Source: Prasinococcaceae sp. CCMP 1430 (taxonomy: Eukaryota; Plantae; Prasinodermophyta). Taken from it: DNA of 64,000 nucleotides. The translations under genes and the position numbers were made by a program. Shown here one piece after another: positions 11,785 through 21,241 of this stretch (positions are counted from its first letter, which is position 1; each line of letters begins with the position of its first letter). The notes below the pieces were generated by a model. That model ran no database searches and was not told the origin of the DNA. It worked only from the letters and a program-made list of their open reading frames with translations. The stretch spans positions 158,609 through 222,608 of the forward strand of contig RQSC01000025.1 in assembly GCA_013416795.1 (NCBI GenBank), read 5' to 3'.

Positions 11785-12406
11785 CGCGGAATGTCCGATC
11801 CAGCCGGTTCGATTGCACTGCCGTCCGAGCACTCAGCTTCGCTGCGCCTCTGCACCACCCTCACTCACGCCCCACGGCAGCGCCGCGCGCTGTGGCCGCC
11901 CCGCCGGGCGCGGCAGGCGCCGCGCGCCTCCGGCGAGGCCGGGCCATGCTCTCCTTCGCGCCGCCGCGGCTCGCGCCGCGAGCGCGTCCGCGCATCACAT
12001 CACAACGCACCGCGTGCCCGGGCGGCAGCGGCAGCGCGGGGAGGAGGAAGCCCCGCGACGCGGACGGGAGGAACGCGCGCCCCGCGAGCGGGAGGAACAC
12101 GTGCGCGTGGACGCGCGGGCGGGACGCTCATCCCGCGTTCGACGCGCGCCGCTCCAACCACCAAATCTTCGGCACGCAGCCCGGCACTGCTCGCCACCAG
12201 GGTTTACATATGTGTGCATTTCAATGCATTATGATACATGAATTCGCGCGCACGTATGTTTGGCGAGGTCAAATCTGCGTGCATCGCATTCGCATTTTTA
12301 ACCTCAAAACCGGTGGAGTGTGGTTTGGGTTCAGAGAGAAGTGAACGCAGGGGCTCATCAGCCAGGAGCGCCGCCGCTTGCGGTCGGGGAACGCGCCGCC
12401 GCCTCA

Positions 12407-13018
12407 TCAGACCCGGGCAGCCATGGGGGGCTCCTGTGCGGGCGGGTCGATCTCGCGCGCGCCCGCGATGGGACGAGGCGCCTTGCGAAGGTCCTCGCGC
12501 GTGGTGATGGGCCGCTCGAAGACCGCGTAGGCGCGCCGCGCCGCCTCGGAGGGGAAGCTGTGCCGCTCGAGCTGCTCGATCAGAAACGCGAGCAGCGCCG
12601 GGCGGCCGGCAGCCCGGTACTTCTCGCGGTCCGTGCGGTACTGCACCACGATGGTCTGGTCCGAGAGCGAGGAGGTCGCTTTGATGACCATACCTACGCT
12701 TGTCCACGGCATGCACTCAGACGGCTTGCGCTCGAAGCGCTCGAGAGCCCTCTCGATCATATCAAGCACGCCCGGGTTCTCTGCGACGTGCTTGCCAAGC
12801 CCCGGCACTGCAAACGTGACCTCTTCCCCCTCAAACCAGCAGTCGTTCATGCCGACGTCCAGACAAAGCCACCGCGTCGGTCGCGGTCCGCGCGCATCGA
12901 TGTGTCCGCACGAGTACAAACAGAGCCGGACGACGGGGTTGTTCGGCTCGCCGCGGGCATCAACAGCGAACTCAACGCGAAGTGCGTCGGTGACACCACC
13001 GCGCTTCCGATCGCCCAT
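12407..13018 (-). CDS. Orphan gene, tandem copy 2 (203 aa hypothetical protein)
   Basis: Intact ATG-to-TGA ORF. Paralogy with copy 1 shows conserved RGEP, CLYxCGHI, WFEGEEVTF and MIERAxERFER. Confidence 0.6.
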   Translation of the reverse strand: MGDRKRGGVTDALRVEFAVDARGEPNNPVVRLCLYSCGHIDARGPRPTRWLCLDVGMNDCWFEGEEVTFAVPGLGKHVAENPGVLDMIERALERFERKPSECMPWTSVGMVIKATSSLSDQTIVVQYRTDREKYRAAGRPALLAFLIEQLERHSFPSEAARRAYAVFERPITTREDLRKAPRPIAGAREIDPPAQEPPMAARV

Positions 13019-13355
13019 GGATTGGACGACAAGAGGGAGACGGGCACCCGGCGCTTGCCGCTCTCGCCCCCTCCCCTTGTCCTCACGTCACAGTCGCGCC
13101 TTCCCTCCTCAAATACTCCTCATCCATGCGCGGGCATGCGCGCCCGCCCCGGCGCCCGCGCCGCGCGCGAGCCGCGCGCCCTGTGGCGCGTGCAGGGAAT
13201 CTCATTCGTAAGCACGCTCATCCACGGCGTGCCAGCGCAGACGCATGCGCGCGCGTAGACTTTGGCATGTGAAGGCGGTTTTATTAGTTGTGAGCCCTGA
13301 GCGCGAGGGGAAGGGGGGGGGTGGCAGAGGCCGCGCGGGCGGAGATGCGGCGCGT

Positions 13356-13402
<47 letters not shown>
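13356..13402. repeat. Poly-G homopolymer (47 nt)
   Basis: Direct count of an uninterrupted G run. Confidence 0.9.
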
Positions 13403-13406
<4 letters not shown>

Positions 13407-13472
13407 GTGCCGCGCTGTCGCGCCACCGCAGCCGCACGTTGTGGGCCGCACGTGCGCACGCGCGTTGCCCAC

Positions 13473-15608
13473 TCAGTCCACCTTGCGCCCCTCGGCCTGG
13501 ACCTGCACGATACGAGCGAGCACGTCTTCGGCCCACGGCAGCTCATAAAACGGGGTGCGCTCCTTGACAGCTGCCTCGGCGTGCGCGTTGCTCACCCTGG
13601 CGAGCTGCCGCTTCTGGTCGATCACGGTTGCGCGCACGAAGTCCGCCGGTGCCTCCGCGAACGCATCGAGGAACGCGCGTCGCCGTCGGTGTTCACTGAT
13701 CTTCACGCAAAGCATGCGAATCTGCTCATCGTGGCGTTTCACCTCCTTGGAGTTGTCCGTGAGCGCGTTCACCAGCCCTGCGTTGCCAGAGCGCTTCTGC
13801 TCCGCTTCGGCATTGGATACCATGTCTACCTCGACGTCGAAGCACTGCTCAGGGCTGCGTCCAGAAGGCTCGTCGTCTCTGCCGCCAAGGGCAATGCGAT
13901 GGTCGACGACGACGGGAGCTGCAGGCTCTAGCAGGGAGTCCAGCCTGTCGACTACTTCGGAGAAAGGCACGACGTCATTGTTGTCGTCAGGGTCGCCCTC
14001 TTTGAAGCTAGCGGCCCCGGCTTCACCGTGCGCCCGGCCTGGCGCATCGAAGCGCAAGACAGCTCGCAGCTCAGCATTCAGCCTGACGTGATCGGGACGC
14101 TCCGCGTCCTGCAGCTCCTGGTGCTTGATGTACTGCCAGAGGGCCTGCAGCACACGGGGGCGTGTCTCGACTTGCGGGCCGAGCAGCGCGTGCAGAGCCG
14201 GCGACAGCTGGAATCGCGCCGGGCGAAAGGCCAAGTGAATGCGCACCCGCGCGTTGACCTCTGTTTCTCCAAGGCGGTGCAGCTCAAAGCCATCGACGGC
14301 CCTGTCCGCGGCTGCGCGAGACCACACCACGCTCCCCTCCTTTCCCGGATACTGCTGCTTGTCATCCAGCTCGATTTCCATTCTTTCGATAAATGCTGAC
14401 AGCGTCGGGGCGGTTGCCGCAGCGTGAGCGGCAGCCGCGGCGGCCCTCGCGCCCGCCCCGGCTTTGTGCGAGACCCTCGCGGGTGCAGGGCGAGAGACCG
14501 GCCGACCGTTCTCCAGCAGGCAGCCCTCCACATGCAGCGTCCAGGCGGCGGGTGCGGCGGACACGGCCGGCGACGGCGATTTGTCGCAGTTTTCGGCGTC
14601 AGCGGACTCGCCCGTGCGGCGCTGCCCCGTGTACGTGTTGAAGATGCGCAGCCTGAGCACGTGCGCCTTGCGAGACGGTCGCAGGAGAGCTTCCGCGATG
14701 TGCGCCTTCACGTTGCATATCAACGCATCGAGCCGCCGATCGAGCGCGGCGAGCTCGCAGAAGAGCCGCGACTCCGGCACGAGGCTGAGCGAGGGGAGCT
14801 GCGCGCGCACCCTGGCGGCTGCAGCCGTGGCAGCAACGGCCCTCTTCTTGTACTTTTTCTTCGGCGGCGGCGCATTGCCACCGCCGCCGCCGCCCCCCGC
14901 GCCACTGCCCACCTGGCCAGCGGGACGCTTCTCCCCAGCCGCTGCCTTCTGTACTTTGTCGGTCGCCTTTTCCGCTTTTGCCGTCGCGGCGGTGGCGGCG
15001 CTGGCCACCACAGGCACGGCCGCCGCAGGCGCGGCCACCGTGGGCGCGGCAGCGCCGCCGGCTGCGGCGGCGTTAGGGCGCTGCGAAGCGTCCGCGCCGC
15101 CGCCAACCGCGGGCGTCTGCACGCCGGCAGAGGCGCCCGCCGCGGGATGCACGGCAGCGGCGGGGTGCCCCCCCAAGTGTATGCGCACTTTGTGCGGCTG
15201 CGGCTGCGGTTGCTGCGGCTGCGCCGCCTCCTGCCGCTGCTGCTGCTGGGGCTGCTGGGGCTGGGGCTGGGGCTGCTGGGGCTGAGGCTGTTGCGCGTCG
15301 CGCGCGGCGCGGGAGGCGCATGGGTCCAATCGCCGCTGGGGCCGGCCGCGGTCCCACGAACAAAGTATCCGCCTGCGGACGCGGCCGCAATCAATCGATT
15401 GGCCAGGCCGGGCCGGCAGGCCGGGCCACGACGGCACCCGAGCGGCGCCAGCCAGCCAGCCAGCGAGCCATCCAATCCATCCATTCATCCATCCCGGGCC
15501 CTGGCCGGCGGGGCGTGGTCGCCCCGCGCGGATCAGTCGGAGATTGCGCGCAGCCGCAGATTCCGCGGCCACCGGGCGGGGCGGAGCGGAAGATGAGCCC
15601 CAATCCAT
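13473..15608 (-). CDS. SWP73: SWI/SNF complex subunit BAF60/SWP73 (SMARCD family, SWIB domain); start uncertain
   Basis: VPESRLF..LAALDRRLD, LRLRIFNT, WTLHVEG, DGFELHR, the SWIB core FQLSPALHALLG..ETRPRVLQALWQYIK, and C-terminal RRRRAFLDAFAEAPADF. The N-terminus is QP-rich and low complexity. Confidence 0.9.
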   Translation of the reverse strand: MDWGSSSAPPRPVAAESAAARNLRLIRAGRPRPAGQGPGWMNGWIGWLAGWLAGAARVPSWPGLPARPGQSIDCGRVRRRILCSWDRGRPQRRLDPCASRAARDAQQPQPQQPQPQPQQPQQQQRQEAAQPQQPQPQPHKVRIHLGGHPAAAVHPAAGASAGVQTPAVGGGADASQRPNAAAAGGAAAPTVAAPAAAVPVVASAATAATAKAEKATDKVQKAAAGEKRPAGQVGSGAGGGGGGGNAPPPKKKYKKRAVAATAAAARVRAQLPSLSLVPESRLFCELAALDRRLDALICNVKAHIAEALLRPSRKAHVLRLRIFNTYTGQRRTGESADAENCDKSPSPAVSAAPAAWTLHVEGCLLENGRPVSRPAPARVSHKAGAGARAAAAAAHAAATAPTLSAFIERMEIELDDKQQYPGKEGSVVWSRAAADRAVDGFELHRLGETEVNARVRIHLAFRPARFQLSPALHALLGPQVETRPRVLQALWQYIKHQELQDAERPDHVRLNAELRAVLRFDAPGRAHGEAGAASFKEGDPDDNNDVVPFSEVVDRLDSLLEPAAPVVVDHRIALGGRDDEPSGRSPEQCFDVEVDMVSNAEAEQKRSGNAGLVNALTDNSKEVKRHDEQIRMLCVKISEHRRRRAFLDAFAEAPADFVRATVIDQKRQLARVSNAHAEAAVKERTPFYELPWAEDVLARIVQVQAEGRKVD

Positions 15609-15988
15609 CGATGGAGCGAAGAGAGCAGAGCAGAGCAGAGATGAGATGGTCCAGTCCAGATGTGAATTGACGAGAGATTCGGTCGAGATGAGATTCGAAA
15701 AGCGCCGATTGAGAGGACGCAGTAAACCCTCTTTTCGAGCGCGGGACGCACCCTTATTCGACCGCGTGACCGCGCGATGCATGTAGAAAGGCGCAAGCAT
15801 TGGTCGGCGACGCGCGGATTTGCATGCGATCTGATGGTGGCGCTCCGGTGTGAACCGCAACCTCATCGTCGGCGGCGGCGCGGGCGCGGGCGCGAGGCGA
15901 GGGAGCGAGCGAGCGAGCGCGCGAGAGAGAGAGGCACACCGCGGGAGCACGGCGCGCGCGCACGCGCGGCGACCGAGCGCGGCACGCC

Positions 15989-17705
15989 ATGGGGGTCGTC
16001 GGCAAGGCGTGCGATCTCCTCTCGCGACCGGACGAGGCCGTCGCGCTCGCGCGCGCGTATGCGCTCTCCAAGCGCGCCAAGGCCGCCGCCAAGTCGGACG
16101 ACCCGGACGTCGCGTTCTGCTACGGCATGCTCAACCGCGTGAGCCGCTCGTTCGCGATGGTCATACAGCAGCTGTCGCCGGAGCTGCGCACGCCCGTCTG
16201 CGTGTTCTACCTGGTACGTACGCAGGGGACGGAAGGGGGGAGGAAGGAGGGCGAGGGGGGGCAGCGCATGCGCGCGCGTCTGCTCCGTGGTGATGGCAAT
16301 CGCGGCGGTTGATGGCGGGGGGGGCGGCCGGAGGGCGAGGGCGCGCGTCCGCGCCGAGCGCGCCGATCTCGCGCCAACCCGTGCCAATTCGAATCGGCGG
16401 CTGACGGGTGTGCTCACGCGCCGCCGCCGACGCCGACGCCGCCGACGCCGTCGATGCGCCGCACTCGCCGCCGCCCCGAAACCCGATTGCCCCCGTCTGC
16501 CCACGCTATGCCCCTCGATCGCTCGCGCGTAGGTGCTGCGTGCGCTCGACACTGTCGAGGACGACATGGCCATCCCCAACGACGTGAAGGTCCCCGAGCT
16601 GCTTGCGTTCCACGAGAAGTGCACGGACGAGTCCTTCACGATGTCGTGCGGCGAAAAGGACTACAAGGAGCTCATGGAGCGGTACCCGTGCGTGGTGCGC
16701 GTGTTCAAGGCGCTCAAGCCGCACTACCAGGCGGTGATCAAGGACATCTGCAAGCGCATGGGAGAGGGCATGGCCGAGTTCGCCGTCAAAGACGGCGACG
16801 TGCCCTCGATCGCCGAGTACGACGAGTACTGCCACTACGTGGCCGGGCTGGTGGGCATCGGCCTGAGCGACCTGTTCAGCGCCTCGGGCCTGGAGGACGG
16901 CGAGGTGGCCAAGCGCACCCAGCTGGCCAACTCGATGGGGCTCTTCCTACAGAAAACCAACATCATCCGCGACTACCTGGAGGACATCGAGGAGGAGCCG
17001 CGCCCGCGCATGTGGTGGCCAAAGGAGGTGTGGGGCGAGTACGCCGACGGCAGCCTGGAGGAGTTCAAGCTCGCCGAGCGGCCGCAAAACGAGGACAAAG
17101 CGGTGGCGGCGCTCAACCACATGATCATGGACGCGCTGAGGCACGCGCCCGACGCGCTCGAATACATGGGTCAGCTGCGCGATGCCAGCGTGTTCCGCTT
17201 CTGCGCGATCCCGCAGGTGATGGCCGCGGGCACGCTCGCGCTGTGCTTCAACAACGCGCAGGTGTTCAGGGGCGTGGTCAAGATGCGCCGCGGCGCGACC
17301 TCGAAGCTCATGCTGGAGCAACGCACGCTGGCGGACGTCTGCCGCGCATTCAACCGCTCCATGGCGGACATCGCCGCGAAGGTCGACGTCAAGGCGCCCA
17401 ACGCGCAGGAGATCCTGGCGGCTGTGGAGAAGGTGGAGGCCGCCTGCGATAAGCGCCTGAAGGAGGCCGGCGCGGACAGCGCGCGGAGGGATGACGACGA
17501 GCCGTCACCGGTGTGGGCACGCGTGCTGCTGTGGCTGCTCTTCGCGGGCTACGCCGCCTACGCCTTCGGCCTCGCCGGCGTGCGCAGCGATGGCGTCGTC
17601 AGTGGCAGCCTCGCCATCGACAATGCGCAGAAGCTCTTCGCGGTGGTGTGCATGGGCATCATCACGGTGGTGGCCTTCGTAGGGGACGGCAAGCTGCTTG
17701 CGTGA
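15989..17705 (+). CDS. SQS: Squalene synthase; join(15989..16213,16533..17705)
   Basis: VSRSFAMVI, VFYL|VLRALDTVEDD, YCHYVAGLVGIGLS, MGLFLQKTNIIRDYLED, FRFCAIPQVMA and C-terminal TM anchors. Confidence 0.97.
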
Positions 17706-17912
17706 GCATGCGTACGTAAGACCAAACGAAATGCGACCTCCGTCACGGCCTCGCGCGCGCGCCAGCCGCCGCGCCGCTGTCGCTGCCCTCGCAAGCGGCC
17801 TGCGCATGTGCCCCGCAGTGCGCCATTTCGAGAGGGCAAGAACATATTGTACAACAAGGAGCGCAAGCAACGTGACGGGGGAGAGGAGAAAGAGGGGGCT
17901 GACGGGCAGCAG

Positions 17913-18953
17913 TCACACGAACGCGATCCACTCCTCGCGATGGTCGATCCTCGGCTCAGAGCGTGCCGCGTCGTGGCCGACGGGGAAGTGCGCCCACGCG
18001 CTCATGCAGCACGTCCGCCGTGCATCCGACAGGCCGGCTTGCAAGTCGATGCCGAAACCGAATCTGCCAGCGCTGCCGTCCCTCGCCGCGGGCGCGCACG
18101 CCCAGCACGGCGCGGACGGGATGAGCTGGTCACCTCCGAGCACGCATAGGCCGCGGCTCCTCGCTTTCAAGAGCTTTGGTCGGGGATATCCATAGATGAT
18201 GGGGCGCAGGGTACCCTCGCCGCAGCGTGGGCAACGCTGAGCCAGCTCGCGCTCGAAGCACTCGCGGAAGGCGGCGAGCGCGAGCGCGCGAGGCCCCTCT
18301 GTCCTCGGGCTCGTACCCTCGCTGGCCGGAACCGCGCCATTCGCGTGCACAGGTCCGGCCGGATGCAGCTCCGGCGACGCACCGAATCGCCGCGCGAAGT
18401 GGGCCAGCCACACGGCGTCAGACCGAGCAGCATCGCGCCACGCGCGGCACACCTCGGCGGCGAGGAGCGCGTCCTCGAAGTGCTCCATCGATGCCACGAT
18501 GGCGCTCACGCACGCCGCCGGGAGCGAACCAACATCAATTGACTCTGGCGGCGCCGATGCCGCTGCGGCGTCAGCCCCAACGCCGTAGCTCCCACCACCC
18601 GCGCCGCCGCCGCCGTCCGTCGGCCTCGACGCTCGGCGCGGCATCCAGTGCGGCACGCCTCCCGCGTCCGCGCACCGCTCGACTTCGTCGCGCAGGTACG
18701 TGTTGACGCCCCACGCCACGTTGCGCTGCGCGGAGGTGGGCGCGCCGATGTACCTGCTGAGCGCCTGGGCGTCAGCGCGCGGCCCCGCTCGCCGCAAGCC
18801 CGCGGCGAGCGCCTCGGCGAGCAGCTCCTGCGCGGCCTCCGATGCAGGATCGCGGCTGTGCATGACGGTGCACGCCGCGACCCCGTCGCGCCACCCCCTG
18901 GCCCGCCCGTCGCCCGCGCCCGCCACGCGCCCCAACCGCGCTGTGTGTGGCAT
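17913..18953 (-). CDS. F-box-containing protein with a C-terminal CPxCG...PIIYGYP...LGG...C domain
   Basis: LPAACVSAIVASM...AAEVCRAWRDAARSDAVW is an F-box consensus. It is followed by CPRCGEGTLRPIIYGYPRPKLLKARSRGLCVLGG. Confidence 0.6.
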   Translation of the reverse strand: MPHTARLGRVAGAGDGRARGWRDGVAACTVMHSRDPASEAAQELLAEALAAGLRRAGPRADAQALSRYIGAPTSAQRNVAWGVNTYLRDEVERCADAGGVPHWMPRRASRPTDGGGGAGGGSYGVGADAAAASAPPESIDVGSLPAACVSAIVASMEHFEDALLAAEVCRAWRDAARSDAVWLAHFARRFGASPELHPAGPVHANGAVPASEGTSPRTEGPRALALAAFRECFERELAQRCPRCGEGTLRPIIYGYPRPKLLKARSRGLCVLGGDQLIPSAPCWACAPAARDGSAGRFGFGIDLQAGLSDARRTCCMSAWAHFPVGHDAARSEPRIDHREEWIAFV

Positions 18954-19191
18954 GCCTCCACCGTGAAGGGGGGAGGTCCGCGCGGGTGTTAGGGTAGAAC
19001 CCAAATACCCCACAGGGTTGTGCAATATGTAGCGTAAAGAGAAAAGAGTAAACCCTATTGAACGCTGCGGCCAGTTCATTCGCGCATGCCGAGGCCAGAG
19101 GCACGACGGGGAGAGGAGTGTGAGGGTGGGGTGGGTAGAGGGTTGGCGCCGCCGCGCGGGGCGCCGGTGGGGGGGGGGGACGCCCGCGTGC

Positions 19192-19560
19192 TCACAGAGT
19201 GGCGAGCCCCTCCTCGTCGCGGAAGTTGGTGAAGCGGTTGGCCATCTGCCGCCGCCGGCGCTCTCGCGAGCGCCGCATGCACGCGTACGCGACGTACACG
19301 GACGCGCCGATGGCGAGCAGGACTGCGGCCACGAGCGCCGAGTACAGCAGCACCGAGCTGTCCGTGTCTGTGGAGGCGTCCTTCGGGTCCGACGGTGGGG
19401 GCGGCGATGGAGCGGGCGGCGCAGACGGTGTGGAATTTGCAGGCGGTGAGGGCGTCTCGGGCGGTGAGGGTGGCGTCGAAGGTGAAGGAGGTGTTAGGGG
19501 AGGAGGCGGCTGCGCTGGCGGCGCCGTCGTGTTGGGGGCTGGCGCGGGCGCGGCCGCCGC
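19192..19560 (-). CDS. 3' fragment of a type I membrane protein (Pro/Ser-rich stalk, TM, basic cytosolic tail); 5' part not identifiable
   Basis: PPAQPPPPLTPPSPSTPPSPP stalk, TM VLLYSALVAAVLLAIGASVYVAYAC, tail MRRSRERRRRQMANRFTNFRDEEGLATL*. Confidence 0.55.
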   Translation of the reverse strand, partial: AAAAPAPAPNTTAPPAQPPPPLTPPSPSTPPSPPETPSPPANSTPSAPPAPSPPPPSDPKDASTDTDSSVLLYSALVAAVLLAIGASVYVAYACMRRSRERRRRQMANRFTNFRDEEGLATL

Positions 19561-19569
19561 GCCCGCTCC

Positions 19570-21076
19570 GCTGCCCGCCACCCCACCTCGCCGGCGCTGC
19601 GCGGCGGTGGCGTCGGCATCGGAGGCCGAGGCGGCGGCGGCGTGCGGTGGTGGTGATACCGCCGAGGAGCTCGCCCTGTGGCTGCACCGCGACGGCGCGG
19701 AGGGCGCCGCGGGCGAGGCGCAGCGCGTGGCGATGAGCGAGTGTGCACCCGCGACCGGCGCGCGCGGGCTTGTGACGACCGTCGCGGCACGGAGCGGCGA
19801 TGTTCTACTGCGTGTGCCGCTGGCAATGTGCCTGACTGACCTGCAGCCGTGTGATTCGTGCCCCGACGGCGCGCCGTGGTCGGTGCGCGTGGCGGCGCGG
19901 CTGCTCGAGGAGCGCGCCAAGGGCGACGCTAGCGCGTACGCGCCGTTCATCGCGTCGCTGCCGTGGGGCAGGGTCACCACGCCGCTGCAGATGGGCTGGG
20001 ACGATACGCAGGCGATCCAGTGGGCGCACGTGCGGCAGGAGCTTTACGAGCTGGATTGGCTCTTGAATCACTGGTACGAGGAGTATCGGCAGAGAAATGA
20101 CGCCGCAGAGGATGGCAAGGCGACGCCAGCGACGCCCGTGCCCGCGCTGCTGGGCGACTTCGAGGCAGCGCTCACGCTGGTGCACTCGCGCACGTTCCTG
20201 GCGTGCGTTGAGGAGGGCGGCAGCAATGCGTCGCCGTGGTTCGCGCGCGTGCTCGTCCCTTTGGGCGACATGATAAACCACGACGGCGTGGCGCACAACA
20301 CCGCGTGGACGTACGAGGATGACGGCCTCGCGGGCAAGGCGATGGTGTTCAGGGCGACGAGGGACCTGCTCGCGGGGGAGGAAATACTCGCAGACTACGG
20401 TCACCAGTGTATCGACGACCTCTTCACGTACTATGGCTTTGTGCCGCGCGGCGCGCCAGCCGACGCCGCGCCTCTCTTCGGCGCGCCCATTGAGGCGCTC
20501 GAGTGGTGGCTGTTTGCGCGCGGGCAGGAGGAGAACGAGGCGGCGCTCGAGCGCGCGAACGCGCTGCTGGCGTGGATGGAGGGGGGCGGCCACGATGCGG
20601 CCGCGGACGTCGCTCGCAGCGGCCAGGACACCGCCGCGGGGGGCGGTAAGGACGCGACGAAGGGGCTCAGAGTGCACATCGGTGGCAGCGTCGACCAGCA
20701 GCTGCTCGAGGCCTTCGTGGCTCTCGAGCTCGCTTGCGATGCCGGGCCGGGCGAGGCCGCGTCGGAGGCCGAGGTCAGCAAAGCGCTGCTAGGTGAGGCG
20801 CATGCGATGGTGAAGCGCAGGTGCAGGGAGCTCCTGCAGGCCGCGCCCTCTTCGCTTCGGGAAGACCTCGCGGCGCTCGGCGAAGGGCCGCAGGGCGTCA
20901 ACTCGGCGTGCGCGTTTGCGGACGAGGCCGAGCTGCCTGTCGAGGCGGGGGCCACCAAGCTGCCGCAGGAGGCGCGCGAGGCCCTGTCTGCCGCGGAGGA
21001 GAGTGTCGCCCGGCTCAACGCGGCGAAGAAGATCGTACTGTGCGAGGTGCTCGCCAACGCCGAGATCGCACTCTAG
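19570..21076 (+). CDS. SET-domain protein of the Rubisco LSMT/SETD3-like class; start unresolved
   Basis: GARGLVTT, LLEERAKGDASAYAPFIASLP, LVHSRTF, LVPLGDMINH, GEEILADYG and LFTYYGFV motifs, followed by a substrate-binding-like helical domain. Confidence 0.85.
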
Positions 21077-21241
21077 CCACTCTCCTGCGCATCCAACGCA
21101 ACGTTGCCACAGGCACATGCAATACGTGGATGGCTTCTCAACGCACTCAGCAGAGGCCATCAAATCGCGGCTGCGGCGCCAGCAGAGTGTAATAATGTCG
21201 CAAGTCCGGGTGCCGCAGTGCATTACAGCAACAAAAATGCA

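Noticed and set aside
19049-19060. Telo-box/telomere-like heptamers (aaaccct a at ~19051 and ~63754, tttaggg at ~581)
   Set aside because: These are single isolated copies, at a frequency not distinguishable from chance.
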